Counted from the stretch's first letter, positions 16,978 through 25,527 are shown. The stretch is DNA of 64,000 nt from Candidatus Micrarchaeota archaeon (GCA_026414185.1 JAOAJL010000002.1:11075-75074); one strand, 5' to 3'. The notes: a model not told the origin generated them from the sequence alone. Numbers and translations: made by a program.

Positions 16978-18186
16978 CTAGCGGGCTAATTTCGCAATCC
17001 TGCCGAGTGTTTCTGCGAAAGTTTCTATCTCTTCTTCGGTGTTGTAGATGTAAAGGGAAGCCCTCACGGCACCGCCAGGCGCGCCGAGGGATTCCATGGC
17101 AGGCTGGGCGCAGAAAGTCCCAGAGCGCAGGGCAATGCTGGCAAGGCTGTCTGACATGAGCGCTACCTGATGATGAGGCACCCCCGCGATGTTGAAGCAG
17201 GCAAGCGCACAGCGTTTTTCAGGCGATGGGTGACCGTAAAGGACCGCGCCTTTGACGCCGCCAATTGCCTCAATCAGCCTCTTTGCAAGCTTTCTTTCGT
17301 GCTCCTCAACTGCCGCCATCCCTATCCTTGACATATAATCGCAGGCGGCTCCAAGCCCGGCTGCGCCAGCGTAATTTTGTATCCCGCCCTCAAAGCGCTT
17401 TGCGCCCCTTTTCCATCTGACCTGCCCGATTCTCACGCTCTCAATCGTTTCTCCGCCGACAATGAAGCTGTCAAGCCGCTCAAGCGCGTCCTTTTTTGCG
17501 ACAAGGCAGCCTATCCCGGTAGGTCCGCACATCTTGTGTCCTGAGAAGGCAAGGAAGTCCGCCCCAAGCCTCTTGAAGTCAACCTTGGAATGCGCAACTC
17601 CCTGCGCCCCATCCACCAGCACAGCCGCGCCAGCCTCGTGCGCAATCTTCACGATTTTTTCAAGAGGCGCGCGCATGCCGGTGGTGTTGGTGGTGTGGTG
17701 GACGACAACCAGCGCAGTAAGCCGGTCTATGCAATCCGCAATGCCCTCCTCGTCAAAAGTCCCGTCCGGGTTTGTCCTCATCAGCTCCATCTTAGCCACC
17801 CCTCGCCTTTCCTGTTCCATCACAGGCAGGAGGGCGGAGTGGTGCTCAAGGACCGTGGTGACTATCTTCTTGCGAGAAGAGTAATCAAAGGAGCGGATGG
17901 CAAGGTTCAGGGCTTCTGTGGCATTTTTGGTGAAAACCACTCCCTCCGCATCTGCGTTCAAAAACGCCGCCACCTTCTTCCGCGCCTGCTCAAAAAGCTC
18001 CTCTGTCCTTTTCGCAAGCCGGTGGGCGCTCCTTCCGGCGCAGCCTGCCGCTTGCTCATAGTATGCCGCCTCCGCATCAATGACAGCCTTCGGCTTGAGG
18101 GAAGTGCAGGCGGAATCAAAATATATGGCGCCTGTCTTTTGCAACGCAGGAAAATCCTGCCTGATGCGCCTGGCGTCAAGTGCCAT
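16978..18186 (-). CDS. cysteine desulfurase (SufS/CsdA-like class V aminotransferase)
   Basis: HHTTNTTG, LVDGAQGVAH, FSGHKMCGPTGIG (PLP Lys) and RSGTFCAQP (catalytic Cys). Confidence 0.85.
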   Translation of the reverse strand: MALDARRIRQDFPALQKTGAIYFDSACTSLKPKAVIDAEAAYYEQAAGCAGRSAHRLAKRTEELFEQARKKVAAFLNADAEGVVFTKNATEALNLAIRSFDYSSRKKIVTTVLEHHSALLPVMEQERRGVAKMELMRTNPDGTFDEEGIADCIDRLTALVVVHHTTNTTGMRAPLEKIVKIAHEAGAAVLVDGAQGVAHSKVDFKRLGADFLAFSGHKMCGPTGIGCLVAKKDALERLDSFIVGGETIESVRIGQVRWKRGAKRFEGGIQNYAGAAGLGAACDYMSRIGMAAVEEHERKLAKRLIEAIGGVKGAVLYGHPSPEKRCALACFNIAGVPHHQVALMSDSLASIALRSGTFCAQPAMESLGAPGGAVRASLYIYNTEEEIETFAETLGRIAKLAR

Positions 18187-19141
18187 CTCCTCCCCCTGAA
18201 AGCAGCCGCCTTACCTCATTCTCTGCCTCCTTCACCGCGTTTTGCCCTACAAACGGCTTGCCGTTCACAAAGAATGTCGGCGTGCCGTATATGCCGCACT
18301 CCTGGCCCTCCTTTTCGGTCTTCTGTATAAATGACAAAAATTTCCTGCCAGTGTAGCAGGCGTCAAAGGAAGGGCTGATGTTGAGGCGGTGTGCAATCTC
18401 CAAAAGTGCGGCATCACCCCGCCGCATCACGTCAGCCTGGTTCTCAAAGAGCGCTTGGCGGTATTCCCAATACCTGCCCTGCTCCCCGGCGCATGACGCC
18501 GCCAACGCGGCTTCGGTTGAGTGCGGATGGGAGAGGATGGGAAAGGGCTTGAAGACAAAATAAACGTCGTTTCTGTGCTTCTCAAGCATCTCTCTCACAT
18601 CAGACTCTGCCGACTTGGTGTAGGGGCATACATAGCAGCCGAACTCTATCACCACCACCTTTGCGCTTGCGTTGCCAGCAGTTATCCCGTCAAGCGAGCC
18701 TGGCGCTTTCAGAAACGCCGTGTTGTGCAGGCTGTTGTATGCGCAAAAGCCGCCCTGCGGCCCGTTGCAGTTTCCGTATACAGCAAAGTTGTAAATGCCC
18801 GCAAACGCCACTGCGAAGCTTGCGAAAAATATGGCGGCAAAGGCAAGCGAGAATGCCTCAAAGTGCCTGTTTACGAATGAAGCCGCAGCCGGGCTCACCC
18901 TCATTATTCCCGCTATGCTTGCAGCCTTCAGCTCCTCGTCAAGCCCGGTTTCGCACGGTCTGAGAGTGGCTTTGCGCACGGCGCAGTCAAACGCCCTTGC
19001 CGCAAGCGGCCGGTATTTCGCGGAGAAGACTGAAAGAAAAGCAAAAACGAAAAGAGCGACAAAGCAGAGCACCAAGCAAATCACCCAATTTGCGTGCCTA
19101 CCTTGGCGGCTTTGAGTTGCGCCTCCTTTCCATCGCGTCAA
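18176..19141 (-). CDS. membrane-anchored DsbA-like thiol:disulfide oxidoreductase with Cys-containing N-terminal membrane module
   Basis: The C-terminal domain has FGCYVCPY (CxxC) and GIYGTPTFFVNGK (cis-Pro loop). The N-terminal about 130 aa have 2-3 TM helices and paired cysteines (DCAVRKATLRPCE; GNCNGPQGGFC). TTG start at 19141 overlaps the upstream gene. GTG 19087 is an alternative. Confidence 0.7.
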   Translation of the reverse strand: MTRWKGGATQSRQGRHANWVICLVLCFVALFVFAFLSVFSAKYRPLAARAFDCAVRKATLRPCETGLDEELKAASIAGIMRVSPAAASFVNRHFEAFSLAFAAIFFASFAVAFAGIYNFAVYGNCNGPQGGFCAYNSLHNTAFLKAPGSLDGITAGNASAKVVVIEFGCYVCPYTKSAESDVREMLEKHRNDVYFVFKPFPILSHPHSTEAALAASCAGEQGRYWEYRQALFENQADVMRRGDAALLEIAHRLNISPSFDACYTGRKFLSFIQKTEKEGQECGIYGTPTFFVNGKPFVGQNAVKEAENEVRRLLSGGGDGT

Positions 19142-20204
19142 TCACCCGCTCTTCCGCGATTGCAAGGGCGGCTGCCCTCAAGTCCCCGTTTTTTGCCTTC
19201 TCAAGCACAAGGCGGGTGTTGGCGGTTATCTTTTCCTTGACCATGGAAAACATCTCCTTTTCAGAGCCGCCTATGAACTCAACATAGGATGAGATGACCC
19301 CGCCGGCATTTGCCACAAAGTCAGGTATTATGAGTATTCCCCTCTTGGCAAGCTGCTGCTCTATCTCGTGCCTCATCGGTATGTTTGCCGCCTCCACGAT
19401 TATCTTCGCCTTTATTGAGTGCATGTTGCCGGCATGAATGACATCGGGCCTTGCCCCAGGTATCAAAACGTCGCACTTGACGGAAAAAAGCTCGCGCGCC
19501 TCAAGCACCTTTGCGCCAGGATAAGCAGCCACGGTGCCCTTCTCCTTCTTCACCCTCATCAGCGTTTCAAAATCAAGCCCCCCTTCAAGATATGCAGCTC
19601 CCTTGGAGTCGGAAACCGCAACGATTTTCGCCCCCCAGCTGCTAAGGTGCTTTGCTGTGAAAGTGCCGACATTCCCGAATCCTTCAATTGCGACAGTGGC
19701 TCCCTCAATGGGTATTTTCGCGTGTTCAAGAGCCACCTGCGTGGAAAGGGCAACGCCGTAGCCGGTTGAGCCAAGCTCGTGCGGAAGCCCTCCCATGCTG
19801 GCTGGCTTGCCGGTCGCGGCTTTCGGCGTGCCTATGGTTTCAGCGATTATCTTCATGTCCCCCTCGCCCATGTTCATGTCAGGTCCGGGTATGTACGTCT
19901 TGGGCACAAGCTCGGCTATTTTTTCGGCAAAGGCGGCAACAAGCTGCGCCTTGTGGGAGTTTGAAGCAGAAGCCTTTATGCCAGATTTCGCCCCTCCAAA
20001 CGGAATGTCCGCAAGCGCATTTTTCCAAGTCATCGCCCGAGCAAGACCGAACACTTCCTCAGTTGTTATGTCCGGAACCATCCTGATTCCGCCCTTTCCA
20101 GGTCCAAGAGCAGTGTTGTCTATGACCACTACTCCCTGCATCTTGGTTATCGGGTCATAAACCTGCAGTATCTTTTCAGGACCTATCGCATCCTCAAACG
20201 GCAT
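19098..20204 (-). CDS. Glu/Leu/Phe/Val dehydrogenase family amino-acid dehydrogenase
   Basis: Start at ATG 20204, preceded by AAAGGTGAG. GPGKGGIRMVP and FGGAKSGI motifs and a GFGNVG NAD(P) fold. 368 aa. Confidence 0.85.
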   Translation of the reverse strand: MPFEDAIGPEKILQVYDPITKMQGVVVIDNTALGPGKGGIRMVPDITTEEVFGLARAMTWKNALADIPFGGAKSGIKASASNSHKAQLVAAFAEKIAELVPKTYIPGPDMNMGEGDMKIIAETIGTPKAATGKPASMGGLPHELGSTGYGVALSTQVALEHAKIPIEGATVAIEGFGNVGTFTAKHLSSWGAKIVAVSDSKGAAYLEGGLDFETLMRVKKEKGTVAAYPGAKVLEARELFSVKCDVLIPGARPDVIHAGNMHSIKAKIIVEAANIPMRHEIEQQLAKRGILIIPDFVANAGGVISSYVEFIGGSEKEMFSMVKEKITANTRLVLEKAKNGDLRAAALAIAEERVIDAMERRRNSKPPR

Positions 20205-20271
20205 TTTCTCACCTTTCAAGCTAAAAGCGAAATCGGCTTTGGAAGAACGGGAAAAGGGAATAAAAACGCTT

Positions 20272-21315
20272 CTATTGCGTCCCTCTGCACCTCTGGGTTT
20301 CCGGGTCGCAGCTGCTGCCCGGGCAGTCCTCGTTTGACGAGCAGGTGACCTTGACGCATCTGTAGGCATTTATGGACAGCGGGTCAAGCTCGCAGCGCTC
20401 GTCAAAGCGGCAGTCCGCCTGCTTTGTGCACCATCCCGCCCTTGTCTCGCACACATGGCTTTCCTCGTTGCACTTCTGCCATACGCCGCACTCGGAGTCT
20501 GATGAGCAGAAGCCCCTGCGCGTCTCGCAGCGGTGGGTCTGCAAGTTGCAAGTCTGCCAAGGCTCGCAGTCGCCCGCAATTGAGCAAAGGGAGCGTTTCG
20601 CCTCGCAGGTGTGCTTTTCTGGGTTGCAAAGCTGCCAGCTCCTGCAGTCCTCGTCAGTTTCGCAGAATTGCGGACCAGCAATGCAGCGGTGAAGGGCGGA
20701 GTCGCATATCTGCCAGCCCTCGCAGTCCAAATCATTGTTGCAGAAACCTTCCTTGACAATACAGCGGTTTGAGGAAACGTTGCAAGTCTGCCAAAGCTTG
20801 CAGTCAACATCGCTTGCGCACCTGCCGGCAAGCGGCACGCACTTTTTGGAGGCTAAATTGCAAGTCTGCCACGACTGGCAGTCAAATGCCGAAAGGCAAT
20901 TGCCCGGCTTGGGGACGCAGACGTGCCTTGATGGAGAGCAGACTTGAGTGGCTTTGTCGCAGACATCGTCGCTGTCGCAGAAGCCAGCCTTCGCCCTGCA
21001 GGTGTTGTTCATCGCCAGGTCGCAGCCCTGCCAGCTGCCGCAGTCAACATCGCTTCTGCATCTTCCCGGCAGAAAGGCGCACTTGTGGGTGTTCTGGTCG
21101 CAGATTTTAAGCGGGTCTTTGCAGTCAGAGTCCGCCGCGCAGTAGCCCTCCTTCGTTATGCACTGCTTTTTAGCAGTGTCGCAAGTCTGCCAAGACTTGC
21201 AGCCCCTGTCAGAGCTGCATCCAGAGCCGATGCAGCCTGCCATTAAAAACACAATCAGCACTCCCGCAGTTGCAAACAAGAGCAAGAAACTGCGCACAAA
21301 ACCACCTTCCTTCAC
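20272..21315 (-). CDS. secreted cysteine-rich repeat lipoprotein (12 tandem 4-Cys modules)
   Basis: GTG start with a TATA-like box about 27 nt upstream. Signal peptide with lipobox-like LMAGC. It is followed by 12 repeats of consensus C-x-s-D-x-D-C-x-x-W-Q-x-C-n-x-x-x-h-x-C-x-x-k-x-G-f, 23-29 aa each. Confidence 0.8.
   Translation of the reverse strand: MKEGGFVRSFLLLFATAGVLIVFLMAGCIGSGCSSDRGCKSWQTCDTAKKQCITKEGYCAADSDCKDPLKICDQNTHKCAFLPGRCRSDVDCGSWQGCDLAMNNTCRAKAGFCDSDDVCDKATQVCSPSRHVCVPKPGNCLSAFDCQSWQTCNLASKKCVPLAGRCASDVDCKLWQTCNVSSNRCIVKEGFCNNDLDCEGWQICDSALHRCIAGPQFCETDEDCRSWQLCNPEKHTCEAKRSLCSIAGDCEPWQTCNLQTHRCETRRGFCSSDSECGVWQKCNEESHVCETRAGWCTKQADCRFDERCELDPLSINAYRCVKVTCSSNEDCPGSSCDPETQRCRGTQ
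20293..21219 (-). repeat. 12 degenerate tandem coding repeats of about 78 bp (26-aa 4-Cys module)
   Basis: Seen in translation, e.g. CASDVDCKLWQTCNVSSNRCIVKEGF / CNNDLDCEGWQICDSALHRCIAGPQF / CETDEDCRSWQLCNPEKHTCEAKRSL. Confidence 0.8.
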
Positions 21316-21417
21316 TTCTGTCTTTGGGTTTCTAAAGCATTAAAAAGCAATACTTTGGGCGTTTTTTCCACCCCATCCATCGTTAAGCTTATAATGCTTG
21401 AAAGGGCATCTGAAAGC

Positions 21418-22230
21418 ATGAGAGCCAGCCTTCCCATTTTCTGCCTGCTTTTTTTTGCCTGGGGAGCCTCCGCAGTGCAGATGATCTCGCCCCTCTCCTC
21501 AGAGATTTCAAACGGCGCGTTGTTCGCCGTGGGCAATGTAGGTCCTGGGCAGACTTTTGCAGTAGTGGTAAATCCGAAAGTTGAGGCTGGCGGCAGATGG
21601 GGGCTTGGCGGAGCATATGACCAGCTTTATGCGGCTTCCCTGCCATCTGGCTGGTCCTCCACCCCCTCAAAGCTCTACGCAAACCCGTTGCAGGCTGACA
21701 TCACAGTGCCGAAAGACGCACCAGACGGGCAGTATGAGGTTGAGCTTGTGCTGCATGATGAATCAGGGGCAGCAGGGCTCGGAGACGACGTAAGATTCAG
21801 GCTGGGCGTCATAGTCAGCCGCGACGTGATGGACATGCGCGCTGAGCCGCCCTCAATCACCACGGGAGCAAGCCAGCCTGCGCGCTACTCAATCACGGTG
21901 CTGAACAAGGGCATAGCAAACGACGTTTTCAGCATAAGCTCCAAAGGGGTTTCAAACTGGGAATTCTCCCGAAGCATCTACATCCCTTCCGGGACGAGCC
22001 GCACCCTCACCTACGAAGTCGTCGGAGATGAGGAAGAGGACTACAAGGTGGAGCTGCTGGCGCGCTCCTCCTCGTCCGAAAAGATATCCGCAAAGCAGGA
22101 GGTTTCGCTGAGGGTGAAAACGGACCTTCTTTCTGATTTGCGGGCTACAAACAGGGGGGTTCTTCTTCTTCCGCTTCCGGAAGCGCCAGCCTATTTTGCG
22201 GCGGGATTGCTTTCAAACCTTTTCAAGTGA
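21418..22230 (+). CDS. secreted surface protein with C-terminal hydrophobic tail
   Basis: I start at ATG 21418 (MRASLPIFCLLFFAWGASAV signal peptide), about 27 nt after TATA-like AAGCTTATAATGC. Beta-rich CARDB/NEW3-like composition. Ends in the hydrophobic LLLPLPEAPAYFAAGLLSNLFK. Confidence 0.7.
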   Translation: MRASLPIFCLLFFAWGASAVQMISPLSSEISNGALFAVGNVGPGQTFAVVVNPKVEAGGRWGLGGAYDQLYAASLPSGWSSTPSKLYANPLQADITVPKDAPDGQYEVELVLHDESGAAGLGDDVRFRLGVIVSRDVMDMRAEPPSITTGASQPARYSITVLNKGIANDVFSISSKGVSNWEFSRSIYIPSGTSRTLTYEVVGDEEEDYKVELLARSSSSEKISAKQEVSLRVKTDLLSDLRATNRGVLLLPLPEAPAYFAAGLLSNLFK

Positions 22231-22239
22231 GGTGTTTGC

Positions 22240-23919
22240 TTGCCAAAGCAGTCGGCATCCAGCGCATATGCTGCCGCAGCCATCCAGCAGAAAACAGGCG
22301 CAATCCCGCCCTACGCGCCTTCAGAAGCAAGCCGGGCAAAGCAAAACCTCAAGCTACGCAGGAAGGCGGCTTTGGAGGCTGCGCGCGCTCTTGCCAGAAG
22401 CCCAAGGCAGAACCTCCACCTTCTGAAGCTCCGCCTTTCTTCCAAATACAAAATCGCCTTTCTTAAGAATTCTGAAATCCTGCAGTTCATCCCGCCAGGC
22501 AGCCACTCCTTGCGGCAGCGCCTTCTCAAATCCCCCACGCGAACCCTCTCAGGCGTTTCGCCAATCGCACTCATGCCGCCTCCTGCCCCCTGCGGAGGCA
22601 TGTGCACTTATTGCCCAAGGGTGAAGGGGGCGCCGCCTTCCTACACCGGCTATGAGCCCACCACCATGCGCGCAATACAAAACAGTTACTCCGCCAGAAA
22701 ACAGGTTCTTGCCAGGCTTTCCCAGTATTCGCAGCAGGGGCATCCGACAGACAAGTGCCACCTGATAATAATGGGCGGGACTTTTCTTTACTCAAAGCTT
22801 CCGCACAGCTACCGCATCTCTTTCATGAAAGAGGCGTATGAGGCGCTGAACGGAAAGAAAGCAGAATCCCTCGCAGATGCCATACGTTACAACGAGTTTG
22901 CCCCTCACAAGGCGGTCGGCTGCACCTTTGAAACCCGCCCGGATTTTGCCTTTGAGCCGCAAGCAGACATCATGCTTTCAATGGGCGGAACGCAGGTTGA
23001 GCTTGGGGTTCAGGCACTCTCCGACCGCGTGTATCGCCTTGTGAGGCGCCGCCACACAGTTGCCGACGTCATCCGCTCCAGCCGCATCCTCAAAAACGCC
23101 GGCTTCAAGGTATGCTACCATATGATGCCAGGGCTTTTCTCAACTCCCGCGCAGGACCTCTCCTACTTCCGCCGGCTTTTCTCCTCTTCAGACTTCCAGC
23201 CTGATATGCTCAAAATTTATCCGGCCCTCGTCATCAGCGGGACAGAGCTTTTCAGGCGCTGGAAGAAAGGCGAATTTGAGCCATACGACACTGAGACTGC
23301 CGCCGAGGTCATCGCAGATGCCTGCCGATTAATTCCGCCGTATGTGCGAATCTCCCGCGTCCAGCGCGACATACCAGTTCCTCTCATAAGCGCAGGGGTG
23401 AAAAACTCCAACCTGCGCCAGGTAGTGGAGGAAAAGCTTCGGCACAGAGGGGAAAAATGCCCCTGCATCAGGTGCAGGGAAATCGGCAGCAGCAGCCGAA
23501 GCGGGCAGAAGCCAGGAAGGCTTTCCCTCTCTTTGCATAGGATTGACTATGCCGCATCCGGCGGAAAAGAAATCTTTCTGTCCTTTGAGGATGCAAAAAA
23601 ATCCCTGCTTGCCGCTTTCTTGCGCCTGCGCATCCCTACAAGTAGCCACCGGCAGGAGATTGCCGAAGGCAAAGAGGTCCTCTCCTCAATCGTCCGCGAA
23701 CTTCATGTCTACGGGCAGGAGGCTTCAATCGGCGAGAAAGACCCATCAAAGCTTCAGCACACGGGGCTTGGCAAAAGCCTGCTTGCAGAGGCGGAACAGA
23801 TAACAAAGAGGGAGTTTGGGCTTTCAAGGATATCCGTCATCTCAGGCCCTGGCGCGCGGGGCTATTACAGGAAGTTTGGCTACAGCCTTGCCGGACCTTA
23901 CATGGCAAAAAACCTCTGA
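22240..23919 (+). CDS. elp3: Elp3-type radical SAM/GNAT tRNA wobble-uridine modification enzyme
   Basis: RTLSGVSPIALMPPPAPCGGMCTYCP radical-SAM cluster region plus the C-terminal GNAT motif QHTGLGKSLLAEAE. 559 aa. Confidence 0.85.
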   Translation: MPKQSASSAYAAAAIQQKTGAIPPYAPSEASRAKQNLKLRRKAALEAARALARSPRQNLHLLKLRLSSKYKIAFLKNSEILQFIPPGSHSLRQRLLKSPTRTLSGVSPIALMPPPAPCGGMCTYCPRVKGAPPSYTGYEPTTMRAIQNSYSARKQVLARLSQYSQQGHPTDKCHLIIMGGTFLYSKLPHSYRISFMKEAYEALNGKKAESLADAIRYNEFAPHKAVGCTFETRPDFAFEPQADIMLSMGGTQVELGVQALSDRVYRLVRRRHTVADVIRSSRILKNAGFKVCYHMMPGLFSTPAQDLSYFRRLFSSSDFQPDMLKIYPALVISGTELFRRWKKGEFEPYDTETAAEVIADACRLIPPYVRISRVQRDIPVPLISAGVKNSNLRQVVEEKLRHRGEKCPCIRCREIGSSSRSGQKPGRLSLSLHRIDYAASGGKEIFLSFEDAKKSLLAAFLRLRIPTSSHRQEIAEGKEVLSSIVRELHVYGQEASIGEKDPSKLQHTGLGKSLLAEAEQITKREFGLSRISVISGPGARGYYRKFGYSLAGPYMAKNL

Positions 23920-23946
23920 CTTTTTTCCCGCCCTCTGCCAAAAAAG

Positions 23947-24037
23947 TGCGGCTGCCGGGATTTTCAGCCAAAAGCAGTTTTGAACCCGGGTCGCAAGCTT
24001 GGGAAGCTCGAATCCTACCAGGCTGGACTACAGCCGC
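23947..24037 (-). tRNA. tRNA-Gly (anticodon CCC) with an 18-nt intron in the T-loop
   Basis: Reverse complement reads GCGGCTG-TA-GTCC-AGCCTGGTA-GGAT-T-CGAGC-TTCCCAA-GCTTG-CGAC-CCGGG-[TTCAAAACTGCTTTTGGCTGAAAAT]-CCCGG-CAGCCGC-A. The T-loop region is 25 nt instead of 7 (plus coordinates 23960-23984). TATA-like box about 31 nt upstream. Confidence 0.85.
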
Positions 24038-24105
24038 ACAAGCTCATAGTTGGAAATAATTGCAATTATAAGGCTTGCCTTGGTTATAACCCCAGAGGTG
24101 ATTGT

Positions 24106-24345
24106 TTGGCAGAAGAGGACAACAAACCCCTGATTGCCGGAGTGCTAAGCTTCCTGGTGCCGGGGCTGGGGCACTTTCTGATAAACAAGAACCAGAAGAA
24201 AGCAGCTGCGATGTTCGTCATCTGGGTTGCCCTTTTCTTCATCGGCTGGATAACAACGCTTTTCCTCATCAACCTGCTTTGGTCGCTCTTCTGCGGCTAC
24301 GATGCCTACATGGAGGCGCAGGGCAAGCCCATATGGAAATTTTAA
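24106..24345 (+). CDS. small two-TM membrane protein (P-G-L-G-H motif)
   Basis: The track ORF starts at 23980 but would overlap the tRNA. TTG 24106 sits 4 nt after AGAGGTGA. Sequence LIAGVLSFLVPGLGHFLINKNQKKAAAMFVIWVALFFIGW... Confidence 0.55.
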   Translation: MAEEDNKPLIAGVLSFLVPGLGHFLINKNQKKAAAMFVIWVALFFIGWITTLFLINLLWSLFCGYDAYMEAQGKPIWKF

Positions 24346-24417
24346 GGGGCTCAAAGGCGAAAAAAGCAAAGCCTCCTGCCTTTCCCTTCGCCTATTTTAA
24401 AGCCTAAGAGAGATTCC

Positions 24418-25416
24418 ATGGATTTCCCGTCAAGCGCCATATTCGCTTTCAATGCCAACCTTGACCACATCAAGCACTGCGCCGAAGAAGACCTGAAGAA
24501 GATGGAGCAGCTTTCACCCGTGCTTGCCTCGCAGATGGAGGAGGCATTTTCCTGGGGGGTGCAAAAAGAGGTCACAATAAGCCTCAAAGACTGCGAGCTT
24601 CTTCTTTCCAATTTCAGCTTTGAAAAGACGGTTGTCGGAGGGCAGGCGGGAAATGCCGCACAGCAAGCATCCGCCCTGGGCGTCAAGTGCTTTTTGCACA
24701 CAAACTTCGCAAATCAGCAGCTTGCGCAGGGGTTTGCCCATCCTGACCGCATAATGCTTGCCTGCGAAGAGGGCTTTGTCACCGCATCCTCATTTTCTTC
24801 CAGCGCGCCGACCGCCCACCACTTTGTCTTTGAGCATGCTGAAAGCCGCACGCGCTTCATCGCATCCTATGACCCCCTGCCAATCCATCCAGACAGCAGA
24901 TTCTGCGAAGCCATAAGGCGGGAGATTCACGGCATAAGCAAGGCATTTGTAGGCGGATTCCACCTTCTCGGCTCGCCAGAGCAGCTGCGCAAGTTTACAG
25001 AAGAGCTTTCCTGCTGGAAAAGGCAGAATCCGTCCTTGCGCATTTTCTGCGAGATGGGGCAGTTTCAGTCGCGCCAGGTGCTCAAAGCAGCAGAAAGGGA
25101 GCTTTTCCCGCTTGTTGATTTTGTCGGCTTGAACGAGGTTGAGGCAGGCATGCTTTCCGCCGAGCCCCACGAGCTTGCCTCGGAGCGCCTGACGGTCCTT
25201 CTGCACTCTCCCAGAGAGCAGGAAGTCTTTCCGCACTGGCGCAAAAGCGCCGCGGCGCTTGAGTTTGCGCGAAGGTGCGCGGCATTCAAGGCTAAAACAG
25301 GGAAGTTCGCCTCGGAAAAGGAGCTTGTAGGGGCGGAGGCTGCCTTCGTGGAGCGCCCTGTTGAGACAGTGGGGCTTGGCGACACCTTCTCCTGCGCCTA
25401 TTTCATGCTGGCTTGA
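24418..25416 (+). CDS. ADP-dependent sugar kinase family (ADP-GK/ADP-PFK-like), unusually short
   Basis: FAFNANLDH, VGGQAGNAAQ, GLNEVEA and TVGLGDTF motifs in the order seen in ADP-dependent glucokinase/phosphofructokinase. Only 332 aa versus the roughly 450 typical from memory. Confidence 0.7.
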   Translation: MDFPSSAIFAFNANLDHIKHCAEEDLKKMEQLSPVLASQMEEAFSWGVQKEVTISLKDCELLLSNFSFEKTVVGGQAGNAAQQASALGVKCFLHTNFANQQLAQGFAHPDRIMLACEEGFVTASSFSSSAPTAHHFVFEHAESRTRFIASYDPLPIHPDSRFCEAIRREIHGISKAFVGGFHLLGSPEQLRKFTEELSCWKRQNPSLRIFCEMGQFQSRQVLKAAERELFPLVDFVGLNEVEAGMLSAEPHELASERLTVLLHSPREQEVFPHWRKSAAALEFARRCAAFKAKTGKFASEKELVGAEAAFVERPVETVGLGDTFSCAYFMLA

Positions 25417-25527
25417 GGGAAACGATGGATGATGAGTGGCAAGAGGCAAGAAAAAAGCCCTATCCGTCCTTGCGCAAGCTTGCCAGAAAGAGAGACAGCT
25501 GGGCAAGGCAGAGAAAAAGCAAGCAGG

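Noticed and set aside
17590-18330. 246-aa plus-strand ORF opposite the cysteine desulfurase and DsbA-like genes
   Set aside because: It is antisense to genes with clear PLP and CxxC motifs, and no motif of its own was seen.
20370-20947. Multiple overlapping ORFs in other frames and on the other strand within the Cys-rich repeat gene
   Set aside because: The periodic 26-aa, 4-Cys repeat with signal peptide and lipobox is seen only in the 20272-21315 minus frame. The others are repeat-induced shadows.
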